Part shown: positions 10,444-20,008 of the stretch, one piece after another | Layout: every line of letters begins with the position of its first letter | Numbering within the stretch: position 1 is the stretch's first letter | Assembly (NCBI GenBank): GCA_051252135.1 | Contig: JBPOGH010000001.1 | Location: forward strand, 320,001 to 384,000 | Length of the DNA: 64,000 bases | Direction of reading: 5' to 3' | DNA from: Verrucomicrobiaceae bacterium | GTDB taxonomy: Bacteria > Verrucomicrobiota > Verrucomicrobiia > Verrucomicrobiales > Akkermansiaceae | The notes under the pieces: generated by a model | The model's database searches: none | What the model was told of the DNA's origin: nothing | What the model saw: only the letters and a program-made list of their open reading frames with translations | Position numbers and translations under genes: made by a program

Positions 10444-12141
10444 ATGCTACGGTTTTTTCTCCTGACCATTTTCTGTCTCTCGCGATTGCCTGCTCAGGTA
10501 TCCGAGACCCCCACTCTCCAAAAGTCCCGCTACGATAAGGATTTAAGCGACGCCTATGACCGAATCGACCCTCTCAAAGACGGCTGGACATCCGAGGAGT
10601 TGAACGAACAATTCGGCCACCACCTAAAGGAGTTCGTTCACCGAATCACCGATCCCGAATTCAAATCGGTTAATCTGAACGACGAAACCCTCTCCGCGAC
10701 GCCCTTGCGCCCGTCGAGTTTGGAGAATGTCACCGTCGACCAATTTGTAATCCAGAGAGGAACCGGTCTTCCCGAGAAATTTGCCTCGGCCCCAATCCCC
10801 GATCTCAAAGGACATTCGACGAAGGTCAAAGTCGTCACCATCGAACCCCTGGCCTGCACCGCATTGATCACATTCAAGAAGCCCGGCCACCAGGTTAACG
10901 CCACCTGGAAGTGCACTTGGACACCCGACTTGGAGCTAAAATCACTCCAGGTGCTGGACTACGAAGAAGTCACCGGGCCCCCACTCCTCCGGGACATCAC
11001 CGAGTCAGTCCTTGGAGATGTCGACTCCTATCACGAACAACTCCTTCGCTCAACCGATCACTGGCGACTCCGTCTCCCCCGTGATTTCGGGCTTGATGCC
11101 CCTGCCAACCACGGACTCGCCCTCGGAGACATCAACGGTGATGGGCTTGAGGACCTCTACCTTTGCCAGCAGGGCGGCCTCCCCAATCGACTCTATTTAC
11201 AAAACGATGATGGCACCTTGAGAGACTTTAGCGTGGAGAGTAAAACCGACATTCTCGACTACTGCGCATCAGCCCTGATCATCGATCTTGATAACGATGG
11301 CGACAAGGACCTGGTGGTCTCTCAGGATTTCAAAATTCTCTTTTTTGATAACCTGGATGGCAAGGGTCACTTCGAACTCGTCTTCGGACAGTCCACCCGC
11401 GCTCAAAGCTTTTCCCTGACCGCTGCCGATGTCGATGTCGATGGCTTCCTCGATGTCTACATCTGCGGATACAACCCTTCCTATTCCTCTGCCCGTGCCG
11501 GCGCGTTGGGTGAGCCCATCCCTTTCCACGACGCCAATAACGGAGGACCCAACATGCTTTGGCGGAACCTGGGAAATTGGAACTTCGAAGACATCGCCGA
11601 AAAGACCGGGCTTGATGCCAACAACACCCGTTTTTCATTTGCCGCTTCTTTCGAGGACTATGACAACGATGGCGATCTCGACCTTTACGTCGCAAACGAT
11701 TTCGGACGAAATTGCCTCTACCAAAACCAAGGCATCCAAAAGAACGGACTCCCTTTCTTCAAGAACATCGCCGAATCGCTTGAGGTCGAGGACACCTCCG
11801 CTGGGATGTCCTCAAACTGGGGTGACATTAATCGTGATGGCCACATGGACCTCTACGTCAGCAACATGTTCTCCAGCGCCGGGAACAGGATCACCTTCCA
11901 AAGCAAATTCAAACAAGGAGTCGACGACTCAATCCGGTCCCATTACCAACGTATGGCCAGAGGAAACACCCTCTTCCAGGCGGATGGCAAAGGTGGTTTC
12001 AAAGACATTGCGATGGAAAGCCACACCACCATGGCCCGTTGGTGCTGGGGCTCCACGTTTACCGACCTCAACAACGATGGCTGGCAGGACATCTTGGCGG
12101 CCAATGGATTCATCACCGCTGAAGATACCGGAGACCTCTGA
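10444..12141 (+). CDS. FG-GAP/VCBS repeat (CRTAC1-like) protein, N-terminal part; probably reads through TGA into 12142..14154
   Basis: Signal peptide; repeated DxxxDGxxD Ca-binding motifs (DINGDGLED, DLDNDGDKD, DYDNDGDLD, DINRDGHMD, DLNNDGWQD); ends EDTGDL-TGA in frame with the next ORF. Confidence 0.85.
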   Translation: MLRFFLLTIFCLSRLPAQVSETPTLQKSRYDKDLSDAYDRIDPLKDGWTSEELNEQFGHHLKEFVHRITDPEFKSVNLNDETLSATPLRPSSLENVTVDQFVIQRGTGLPEKFASAPIPDLKGHSTKVKVVTIEPLACTALITFKKPGHQVNATWKCTWTPDLELKSLQVLDYEEVTGPPLLRDITESVLGDVDSYHEQLLRSTDHWRLRLPRDFGLDAPANHGLALGDINGDGLEDLYLCQQGGLPNRLYLQNDDGTLRDFSVESKTDILDYCASALIIDLDNDGDKDLVVSQDFKILFFDNLDGKGHFELVFGQSTRAQSFSLTAADVDVDGFLDVYICGYNPSYSSARAGALGEPIPFHDANNGGPNMLWRNLGNWNFEDIAEKTGLDANNTRFSFAASFEDYDNDGDLDLYVANDFGRNCLYQNQGIQKNGLPFFKNIAESLEVEDTSAGMSSNWGDINRDGHMDLYVSNMFSSAGNRITFQSKFKQGVDDSIRSHYQRMARGNTLFQADGKGGFKDIAMESHTTMARWCWGSTFTDLNNDGWQDILAANGFITAEDTGDL

Positions 12142-12172
12142 AGTGTTTATTGGCGACAGGTCGTGTCGCAAT
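12139..12172 (+). promoter_or_regulatory. In-frame UGA with candidate bacterial SECIS hairpin
   Basis: TGA then AGTGTTT, then stem ATT-(bulged G)-GCGACA, loop GGTCG, stem TGTCGC-AAT; the loop starts with G, 17 nt after the UGA. Confidence 0.6.
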
Positions 12173-14154
12173 CGCCCCTCGATTCACAAGGGCTTGACGG
12201 AAACCTCTCCAGCTACCGAAAAGGCTGGAAGGCACTTAACCGCCTTCTCCATGAGAACAAATCCTTCAGTGGTCGCGAAACCAATAACGCCTTCCTGAAT
12301 TGCGGGGAAGGAAACTCCCGCTTCGCTGATATCTCCTCTGCAATCGCATGGGACTTTCCTGACGACGCCCGGGCCATCGGCGCCATCGATTGGGACTTTG
12401 ACGGTGATCTCGATTACTGGGTCACCAATCGCAGCGCTCCCCGGCTTCGGCTCCTCGAAAACACCCTTGCCAGCGACAACCACTTTGTAGCCTTCCTCCT
12501 CGAGGGAACTGCAAAGACAACCAATCGCGACGCCATCGGAGCTCGCATTGAACTTCGAATCAAAGGCGACCCCCGCCCCCATTTACGCACCTTGCACGCA
12601 GGTCACTCCTTCCTTTCACAATCCTCCCGTTGGGTTCATTTTGGATTAGGAGCAGGAAAAGAAATCTCTTCAATCACCGTGTCGTGGCCGGGTGGTGACA
12701 TCGAAAAATTCACCCCTCCGGCAGTAGACGGATATTTCCGGCTAAAACAAGGAACCCCTCAGCCAACCCCATTCGTCCGCAAACCGATTGCCCCTCTTGA
12801 GCCATCAATTCAGCCGGTGCCGCCGGGCACGCCCATCGCACGTATTATCCCCCCGGCCGGCCACATTCTTCCCCCTCTGGAGCTGGACGATGGTTCCTTG
12901 GATATCTCCTCTCCCGTTTTAATCCAACTTTGGAGCGGCTTGTGCAACCACTGCCAGGCTGAACTACCCCACTGGAAGGAATGGAACGATCGCATCCTCG
13001 TTTCCGCGGATATGAGCCCGGAATCAAAAGAAGCCTGTCGCCTCGCCTACGCTGCCGCCGGATTCAAGGACGAACCCCTTTTTGCCAGTGAGGACACCAT
13101 GATCGCCCTCGACGCGATTCAGTCCTCGTTGGTCGACCTCTGGGTCCCCCTTCCCGTCCCCAGCGCGTTCCTGGTCTCCGGCGATCGGGAAATCATCGCA
13201 ATCTATCGCGGCCCGATCGATCAGAATCAGGTCGAAAACGATAAAAAGCTCATCGGCACCCTGGACCGCCGAGATGCGGCAGCACCTTTCCCTGGAATCT
13301 GGATTTCCGAAGTTCCCATTGGAACCCCGTTGCGGGCGGCAAACCAGCTTCTTGAACGCGGGATGAACTCAGGGGCAATCAGCTACTTAAAAGAAGCCAC
13401 TCCCCGTCTTCACCCGAACCTCAGCCGATTCGAAAAAGGCGACACCCTGTTTACCCTTGGTCGACTCCTGGGCGCCAACGCGCAACCCAAAGAGGCTCTC
13501 CCCTTCCTCAAGCAATCCATGGAATTTCTTCCCGAAGACGTCCGCGTCGGACTTCTTTTGGCCCAAGCTTATGCAGATCTCGGTAACACGACCGAAGCAC
13601 TGCAGGCAAACTTGAAGACACTGACCCGTCACCCGGCCAATCTCGACCTTCTCAAGCAACGGTCGGCAATCTTGCACCGGTTGGAACAATGGGATTCCGC
13701 CGTCGAAACGGATCAGCGCATCGTCTCGCTCAACCCCCACTCCGGTGCTGCCATGGTTCGACTCGGGGAGGCTCTTCTCATGGCGGACAGACCCGGCGAT
13801 GCTCTCTCGCAGTTTAAGTCAACCCTCTCTAAACATCCGCGTGAACTTGCTGCTGCGGCCGCTCTTTCACGAATCCTCTCTAGCCATCCCGATGAATCGG
13901 TGCGAAGTCCGGACGAAGCTCTCGTCCTCGCTGCCCGCCTTTGCCAATTCACGAGGAACAAGAATGCTGAATTCCTCCTTACCAATGCCATGGCCCTCTG
14001 CAATCTCTCACGCTTCAAGGAAGCTGCGGAAGCGCTCGAGTTGGCAGTTGGAGGCCGCGAGCACCTCGGAAACATGAGCGTTCTTGCTCGAGAAACCTCA
14101 CAAGCCATCAAGGAACAGCGACCTGTAAGGCTGAAAAACCTACTGGCACGCTAA
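12142..14154 (+). CDS. ASPIC/UnbV + thioredoxin-like (CNHC) + TPR region; C-terminal part of the upstream gene (ORF track starts it at GTG 12163)
   Basis: SFSGRETN; FG-GAP motif DWDFDGDLD; NRDAIGARI...SFLSQSSRWVHFGLG...WPGG (UnbV); LWSGLCNHC; TPR-like helices; no signal peptide or SD of its own. Confidence 0.85.
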   Translation, partial: SVYWRQVVSQSPLDSQGLDGNLSSYRKGWKALNRLLHENKSFSGRETNNAFLNCGEGNSRFADISSAIAWDFPDDARAIGAIDWDFDGDLDYWVTNRSAPRLRLLENTLASDNHFVAFLLEGTAKTTNRDAIGARIELRIKGDPRPHLRTLHAGHSFLSQSSRWVHFGLGAGKEISSITVSWPGGDIEKFTPPAVDGYFRLKQGTPQPTPFVRKPIAPLEPSIQPVPPGTPIARIIPPAGHILPPLELDDGSLDISSPVLIQLWSGLCNHCQAELPHWKEWNDRILVSADMSPESKEACRLAYAAAGFKDEPLFASEDTMIALDAIQSSLVDLWVPLPVPSAFLVSGDREIIAIYRGPIDQNQVENDKKLIGTLDRRDAAAPFPGIWISEVPIGTPLRAANQLLERGMNSGAISYLKEATPRLHPNLSRFEKGDTLFTLGRLLGANAQPKEALPFLKQSMEFLPEDVRVGLLLAQAYADLGNTTEALQANLKTLTRHPANLDLLKQRSAILHRLEQWDSAVETDQRIVSLNPHSGAAMVRLGEALLMADRPGDALSQFKSTLSKHPRELAAAAALSRILSSHPDESVRSPDEALVLAARLCQFTRNKNAEFLLTNAMALCNLSRFKEAAEALELAVGGREHLGNMSVLARETSQAIKEQRPVRLKNLLAR

Positions 14155-14298
14155 CTTAGCGCAGGTCGCCCCAACATGGGCTCCATAGCTCTACTTGCAT
14201 AAATTTGCGCTTGCTGAGCGGCCACATCAGCGGCTTTATTTGTAGTCCATCGTAAAAATGGAATGCACGCGCATTAATTTCCATAAAGTAAGCACACT

Positions 14299-17200
14299 AT
14301 GAACCCCAACAACCTCTTCAAACCCGTCTTTGGCCTCATCGGCCTCCTTTCAACGGGCCATCTGTCCGCCCAGTTTAATGCCGACCTCACCGGTTATTGG
14401 CCTCTCGACACAAATCTGACAGATGCTTCCAGCAACGGCGGAGACGGAACATTCGCTTCCAATGGCGTCTCGACCAGCCCCTCATTTACGTCCGGTGGAG
14501 TCGGTGCCGGAAGCGCACGATTTGGCGAAGCGATTCTCCTCACCGCAGCCAACGAAGAGCGCGTGAGCATCGACGGAGCGGGAAACCCCGGTTTTCTTGG
14601 CGAGGACACCTATGATTTCACTGGTGGCAGCACCACCATCTCTTTTTGGTGCTCCACCACTGCGGGGTTCACGAGCAGCTGGCAGGCCTTGGTTGCGAAG
14701 GGCGAAAACAGCGGATGGCGCGTGTCCCGACGTGGTGATGACAACGTTCTCGCCTACGCCGGAGGTTTCGGAAATGACAGTGCGGAAGGCACATCAGATG
14801 CCTCTGTCGGTCTCCATCACGTCGTCGCGGTCACCGATGCCGCCCGCGGAATTTATCTCTATGTCGATGGCCAGCTTGAATCATTCGTCCCCGGGAACCC
14901 TGCCCTCACTGATTCCGCCTCGTTCATGGAAATCGGAGGCAACCCCATTAACGGCGGAAGAACCCTCAATGGCACGATCGACGACGTCCTTTTGTTTGCC
15001 CGACCCCTCACCGGTCCTGAAGTCGCTACAATCTACAATAATGGAAACGGCACCGTGGGTTCCGATATTGTGACTTCCGCCGATGGCGACTCGGACGGCA
15101 TCCCCGATTTCTATGAAATCGCCAACGGCCTGAATCCCGCAGTCGACGATGCTGCCGGTGATCTGGATAGTGACAACCTTTCCAATCTCGACGAATACAA
15201 TGCCGGCTTGGGTGCAAACAACAATGATGCCGACGGAGACGGACTTTTCGACGGAGATGAAATTGCCAATAATGCCGATCCGTTGAATCCCGATTCCGAT
15301 GGTGACGGACTCTCGGATGGCGATGAAGTGAATATCCACTCCACCTTGCCGGATAACCCCGACAGTGACAACGATCAGGCAACCGACTTCGATGAAGTCA
15401 AAGCCAACACCGACCCCAATGACGATACGGACTTCCCCAGCTCGTGGAGCCTTGGACTGGTAGGCTATTGGAACTTTGACAACTCTCTTGCAGACACCTC
15501 CGGAACTGGCGCTGACGGCACCTTCATCAACGACACCGCGGGTTCCCCGGTCTACGCCCTTGGAAAGTTTGGCGACGGAATCTCACTCGACTCCCTCACA
15601 AATGACCGTGTGGAAATTCAATCGGTCCCCGAATCTACTTACGATTTCACCGGCGCTGACATGACCGTATCCCTCTGGTGCTCCACCACCGGATTCACCG
15701 AAAACTGGCAGGGAATTATCGCGAAGGGCGAAGGCACAAGCTGGCGGATTGCCCGTGCTGCGGGCACCAATCAGGCGTCCTTCAACCCCGGAGAATGGAA
15801 GCCCGATGGAGATGATATTCAAGGCGGTGACATTAGCGACGGCTCCCTGCATCACATCGTGGCCGTAACCAATACCGCAGGGACCGGCCAACTGTGGGTC
15901 GATGGAGTCAAAGTCGCAGAGACCACCGCTCCCCCCATCATCGGAAACACCTCCCTCAACATGCTCATCGGTGGAAACCCCGGTGCTGACGGTTTCAGAA
16001 CCTGGCCGGGAATCATTGATGATGTCGCCATTTGGGGGCGCCCACTCTCCGCTTCGGAAATCGGACGCATCTATGCCGGTGGAGGTGGAACGAGTATCAA
16101 TGGACTGATCAATGACCCGGACACCGATGGCGATGGCCTCCCCGATAGCTGGGAGATTGCCAACATGACAGACCGCTTGGTCGCGGACGCTGATGCGGAC
16201 CCTGACTTGGACCAACGCACCAATATTCAGGAGTTTCAAGACGGCACCAACCCTCAAGACGACGATTCGGACGACGACCTCCTAAAAGACGGGGAAGAAG
16301 CCACCGCCGGCTCAAACCCTCTCGTGCCGGACACAGACCGTGACAACCTCAGTGACGGTGACGAGGTGATCACCCACATGACCGATCCTACCCTCCATGA
16401 TACTGACATGGATGGATTCTCGGATTCCGTGGAATTGGAATATTCAACCGATCCCAATCTGGACACCAGCTTCCCCTCTCTCGATCAAGGACTTTTGGGG
16501 TATTGGCCACTCGATGAAGACTTCATCGATGACACCAATTCTGGAGGAGATGGAACATACTTTGATAACGCGGCAGGCAGCCCGGTCTTCCAAACCGGAA
16601 AATATGGCAATGCCATCCTCTTTGATTGGAATAACAATCAGTATGTCACGATCGACGGTGCAGGAGTCTCGACTCCTCCGGACTACACCCAGGCCGGAGA
16701 AAGTGTCTCGATCTCCGTTTGGAGCAGCGTGACCACCTTCTCGGAGAACTGGCAAGGCCTTGTCGCCCGTGGCGAAGGGTCCGCCTGGCGTGTTGCAGGT
16801 CGCGGCACCAATGGAAATAACACCGGGCAATATGCTTACGCCGGAGGCACCGGAGACATCGTTTCTCCATTGAGCTACGATGACGGACAATTCCATCACA
16901 TCGTGGCGGTCACCGAAAAGGGGTTCAACGTCCGCCTCTATATCGACGGAGTTAAGGTCTCGGATAGCGGAACCAACGCCCCCCTGCTTAGCGACAATAA
17001 CAACGCCAATAATATTCTCATCGGAGGAAACCCCGATGCCATTACCCGTTCCTGGAATGGCCTGGTGGATGATGTTGCGATCTGGGCCCGTCCACTCTCG
17101 GACACCGAGATTTCGGACCTCTTCATGGCAACCCAGTCTCTGGGGCAACAGTTGGGGCTGGGACTCAATCCCGAACTCAGAATCACCAACGTCACTAAGA

Positions 17201-17415
17201 ATAGTAACGGGACGGTCACCCTCACTTGGAATTCCAAGGATTCAGCCACTGCAAATTACGGGGTTTTCGCTTCAAATGACCTCTCTCTCCCTCTCGAGTC
17301 TTGGCTCGAGGTGATAGATGAAGTGCCCAGCGCCGGAGTGACAACAAGCTTCACAGTGCCATCCGACACCATCGGAGGTGCAGACAAGCTGTTTTTCTAT
17401 GTGAGAGAAAACTAA
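14299..17415 (+). CDS. Secreted protein with three LamG/ConA-like jellyroll domains and TSP3-like Ca-binding repeats
   Basis: Signal peptide; three GYW-x-(L/F)D...HH(V/I)VAV...IGGNP...DDV repeats; two blocks of DSDGDG-type repeats. Confidence 0.85.
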   Translation: MNPNNLFKPVFGLIGLLSTGHLSAQFNADLTGYWPLDTNLTDASSNGGDGTFASNGVSTSPSFTSGGVGAGSARFGEAILLTAANEERVSIDGAGNPGFLGEDTYDFTGGSTTISFWCSTTAGFTSSWQALVAKGENSGWRVSRRGDDNVLAYAGGFGNDSAEGTSDASVGLHHVVAVTDAARGIYLYVDGQLESFVPGNPALTDSASFMEIGGNPINGGRTLNGTIDDVLLFARPLTGPEVATIYNNGNGTVGSDIVTSADGDSDGIPDFYEIANGLNPAVDDAAGDLDSDNLSNLDEYNAGLGANNNDADGDGLFDGDEIANNADPLNPDSDGDGLSDGDEVNIHSTLPDNPDSDNDQATDFDEVKANTDPNDDTDFPSSWSLGLVGYWNFDNSLADTSGTGADGTFINDTAGSPVYALGKFGDGISLDSLTNDRVEIQSVPESTYDFTGADMTVSLWCSTTGFTENWQGIIAKGEGTSWRIARAAGTNQASFNPGEWKPDGDDIQGGDISDGSLHHIVAVTNTAGTGQLWVDGVKVAETTAPPIIGNTSLNMLIGGNPGADGFRTWPGIIDDVAIWGRPLSASEIGRIYAGGGGTSINGLINDPDTDGDGLPDSWEIANMTDRLVADADADPDLDQRTNIQEFQDGTNPQDDDSDDDLLKDGEEATAGSNPLVPDTDRDNLSDGDEVITHMTDPTLHDTDMDGFSDSVELEYSTDPNLDTSFPSLDQGLLGYWPLDEDFIDDTNSGGDGTYFDNAAGSPVFQTGKYGNAILFDWNNNQYVTIDGAGVSTPPDYTQAGESVSISVWSSVTTFSENWQGLVARGEGSAWRVAGRGTNGNNTGQYAYAGGTGDIVSPLSYDDGQFHHIVAVTEKGFNVRLYIDGVKVSDSGTNAPLLSDNNNANNILIGGNPDAITRSWNGLVDDVAIWARPLSDTEISDLFMATQSLGQQLGLGLNPELRITNVTKNSNGTVTLTWNSKDSATANYGVFASNDLSLPLESWLEVIDEVPSAGVTTSFTVPSDTIGGADKLFFYVREN

Positions 17416-17443
17416 TCCATTATTCTGACAGCAGGCTCAATTC

Positions 17444-17480
17444 AACTCCCGTGCGGAATATCTCCGCCCGGGAGTTTTTC
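17444..17480 (+). terminator. Rho-independent terminator
   Basis: AACTCCCGTGCGGA...TCCGCCCGGGAGTT followed by a T tract. Confidence 0.75.
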
Positions 17481-17520
17481 TTTCTCAAAGCAAACAGAAT
17501 TTGCCACTGTCCGCCCATCG

Positions 17521-18504
17521 ATGGATCCCCAAGCACTTCAGGAACAAATATCGGAATCAGGACTCTGGGTTAACACCGTCAAACAGGAGGTTGGGCGGGT
17601 CCTTGTTGGGCAGGACAACCTGGTGGAAAAGCTCCTTATCGGCCTCCTCAGCAACGGTCACATTCTCCTTGAGGGCGTCCCCGGCTTGGCCAAGACCCTG
17701 TCCATTCGCGCCCTCGCCGGAAGCTTGAAAGCCCAATTTGCAAGGGTTCAATTCACCCCCGATCTTCTTCCTGCGGACCTCGTTGGCACGATGATCTATC
17801 ACCCCGATCAAAAATCCTTTGCTCCAAAATTGGGTCCTATCTTTGCCAACCTCGTCTTGGCTGATGAAATCAACCGGGCTCCCGCCAAAGTGCAGTCCGC
17901 CCTCCTCGAGGCAATGCAGGAACGTCAGGTGACCATCGGTGATCAAAGCTACAAACTCCCCGACCCCTTTCTGGTTCTCGCCACTCAAAACCCCATTGAT
18001 CAGGAAGGTACTTACCAACTTCCCGAAGCCCAACTCGATCGTTTTCTTTTAAAGATTCATGTCGATTATCCGGATAGAGACGAAGAACTCACTATCCTCG
18101 ACCGCATGGCATCCACCGCTGCCACTGATTACACCAATCCGGTTGTTGACCCCGCCACCGTTGCCGCCTCACGCAGCCTCGTCAATCAGGTCTACATTGA
18201 TCCGGCTGTTCGGGGATACATCGTCGACCTCGTCCAAGCTACCCGTGATGCGGGAAAATATGAAGGAGGCCTAAGAAGCCTGATTCAAGCGGGAGCATCT
18301 CCCAGAGCCACCATCAATTTTGCTCTCGCCAGCCGTGCCCGGGCCTTTCTCGACCAGAGGGCGTTTGTGACCCCCGCAGATATCAAGAATCTGGCACCTG
18401 AAATCCTGAGACACCGCATCCTGCTTTCTTATGAAGCGGAAGCGGAGGGCGTCACCACCGATGATGTCATTCAGCGACTCATGGGACGGGTTCCTGTCCC
18501 CTAA
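17521..18504 (+). CDS. moxR: MoxR family AAA+ ATPase
   Basis: EGVPGLAKT, QFTPDLLPAD, DEINRAPAKVQSALLEAMQE, LPEAQLDRF, GASPRA. Confidence 0.95.
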   Translation: MDPQALQEQISESGLWVNTVKQEVGRVLVGQDNLVEKLLIGLLSNGHILLEGVPGLAKTLSIRALAGSLKAQFARVQFTPDLLPADLVGTMIYHPDQKSFAPKLGPIFANLVLADEINRAPAKVQSALLEAMQERQVTIGDQSYKLPDPFLVLATQNPIDQEGTYQLPEAQLDRFLLKIHVDYPDRDEELTILDRMASTAATDYTNPVVDPATVAASRSLVNQVYIDPAVRGYIVDLVQATRDAGKYEGGLRSLIQAGASPRATINFALASRARAFLDQRAFVTPADIKNLAPEILRHRILLSYEAEAEGVTTDDVIQRLMGRVPVP

Positions 18505-18620
18505 AGTCTCCGCAGCTAAAAAACCGGAACCTTGACGCATCTCCTGTTCCGGTCAGACTCCTTGGAATCTCGGAACGGAAATACCTCTTTCCAGTTCAGA
18601 GAACCCCTCCCCACACACAA

Positions 18621-19916
18621 ATGAAAAACACAAACTCTACAAGCAAGATTGCCGGCACACTTCTTCTGGGACTCGCCGCCGCAAACCCGGTCATGGGTGC
18701 TGGATTCCAACTCGCAGAACGTTCCGGTTCCGGTCTCGGGCGGGCATTCTCGGGTGAAGCCGCAATCGGCGACGATGCTTCCATCATCGCATCAAACCCC
18801 GCCGGCATGAGCCTCCTCGATGACATGTCATTCGCCTTCGGTGCCAATGTAATCATTCCCACCATCGATGTCACTGGAATATCCCCCAATGGAACCGCTC
18901 CCGGTTTTTCGCCGAACAACGACCAAAACGTCGCCTCAGATGCTCTGGTTCCCTACATGTTCATGAGCAAGAAAATCAACGACCAATGGACGGTTGGATT
19001 CGGCTCGTACACCACCTACGGATTGAAAAGCGATTATTCCCAGCAATTTGCCTCTCAGTCGGGAACAGATTTCAGTGAACTCTTTTCCTTCAATCTGAAT
19101 CCCGCTCTCTCTTACAAAGTGAATAACCAGTGGACCCTCGGAGCCGGTCTCGACCTCCTCTACGCCAAGGGAAACATCAACTCCAAGACTTTCCCGGCCG
19201 TGCCTACCGTCACTCCAGCCAATCAGGCATTCCTGGTCGGAACAAACCTCTTCAATCTCGAAGGAGATGATTGGGGCTTTGGTTACAATCTCGGAGTCCT
19301 CTACGAGGTCAATGAGGGCACCCGATTCGGTCTCCACTACCGATCCTCCATCGAATTGACTCTTAATGGAGCTTCCCAGGTCGGCCCGGCACTCGGTGGC
19401 CCGGTCATCCTCCCCACCACCTTGGATGTTGAAATGCCCGACACCATCGAGTTTTCAGCCTATCATGAGATCGATGATAAATGGGCCGTCCACGGGGACG
19501 TCATGTGGACCAACTGGAGCAAATTCCAAAGTCTCGCCCCAAAAACGGGGAATGCCGTCGTCGACGCTGCCGTCCGGATCGACGAAAATTGGACTGATGC
19601 CTTCCGCTTCGCCGTTGGCGCCACCTACAAGCACAGTGACCGTCTCACCTTCCGAACCGGGGTGGCCTACGATGAAAGCCCCGTGTCTACTCCCAACCGG
19701 ACCCTCCGCATCCCCGATGCGGACCGCATTTGGGCGTCGATTGGACTGACCTACAAACTCAACGACTGTTACAACCTGGATCTTGGCTACACCCACATTT
19801 TCGCGGACACAGCCGACATTCAGTTTGCAGCTCTCGGAGGTAATGAAGACGCGTTCCAGGGAAAGGCAGAAGGAAGCGTCGACCTCTTCGCGATTGGACT
19901 CAGCGGTTCCTTCTAA
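18621..19916 (+). CDS. fadL: FadL/OmpP1/TodX family outer-membrane hydrophobic-compound channel
   Basis: Signal peptide then AGFQLAERSGSGLGRAFSGEAA...NPAGM hatch; IPDADR; C-terminal Phe. Confidence 0.92.
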   Translation: MKNTNSTSKIAGTLLLGLAAANPVMGAGFQLAERSGSGLGRAFSGEAAIGDDASIIASNPAGMSLLDDMSFAFGANVIIPTIDVTGISPNGTAPGFSPNNDQNVASDALVPYMFMSKKINDQWTVGFGSYTTYGLKSDYSQQFASQSGTDFSELFSFNLNPALSYKVNNQWTLGAGLDLLYAKGNINSKTFPAVPTVTPANQAFLVGTNLFNLEGDDWGFGYNLGVLYEVNEGTRFGLHYRSSIELTLNGASQVGPALGGPVILPTTLDVEMPDTIEFSAYHEIDDKWAVHGDVMWTNWSKFQSLAPKTGNAVVDAAVRIDENWTDAFRFAVGATYKHSDRLTFRTGVAYDESPVSTPNRTLRIPDADRIWASIGLTYKLNDCYNLDLGYTHIFADTADIQFAALGGNEDAFQGKAEGSVDLFAIGLSGSF

Positions 19917-19935
19917 CCCCCGATTTCCACTTTCC

Positions 19936-19975
19936 AAAAGCATGTTTTCCTCCGCGGGAAACATGCTTTTTCTTT
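19936..19975 (+). terminator. Rho-independent terminator
   Basis: AAAAGCATGTTT...AAACATGCTTTTT inverted repeat with T tract. Confidence 0.8.
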
Positions 19976-20008
19976 AGTCTCGGCAAACCGGCACTATTCT
20001 CCCGATGT

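Noticed and set aside
11429..12298. 289-aa alternative-frame ORF spanning the TGA junction, suggesting a frameshift
   Set aside because: Ser/Thr-rich off-frame shadow; the two real ORFs are already in the same frame, so no frameshift is needed
14144..14160. TGGCACG upstream of the LamG gene as a sigma54 promoter
   Set aside because: No TTGC at the required spacing (reads TGGCAC-GCTAA-CTTAG) and it overlaps the previous CDS end
15080..16480. Periodic GAC/GAT-rich repeats resembling an array
   Set aside because: Protein-level TSP3-like repeats inside a CDS; no CRISPR repeat-spacer structure
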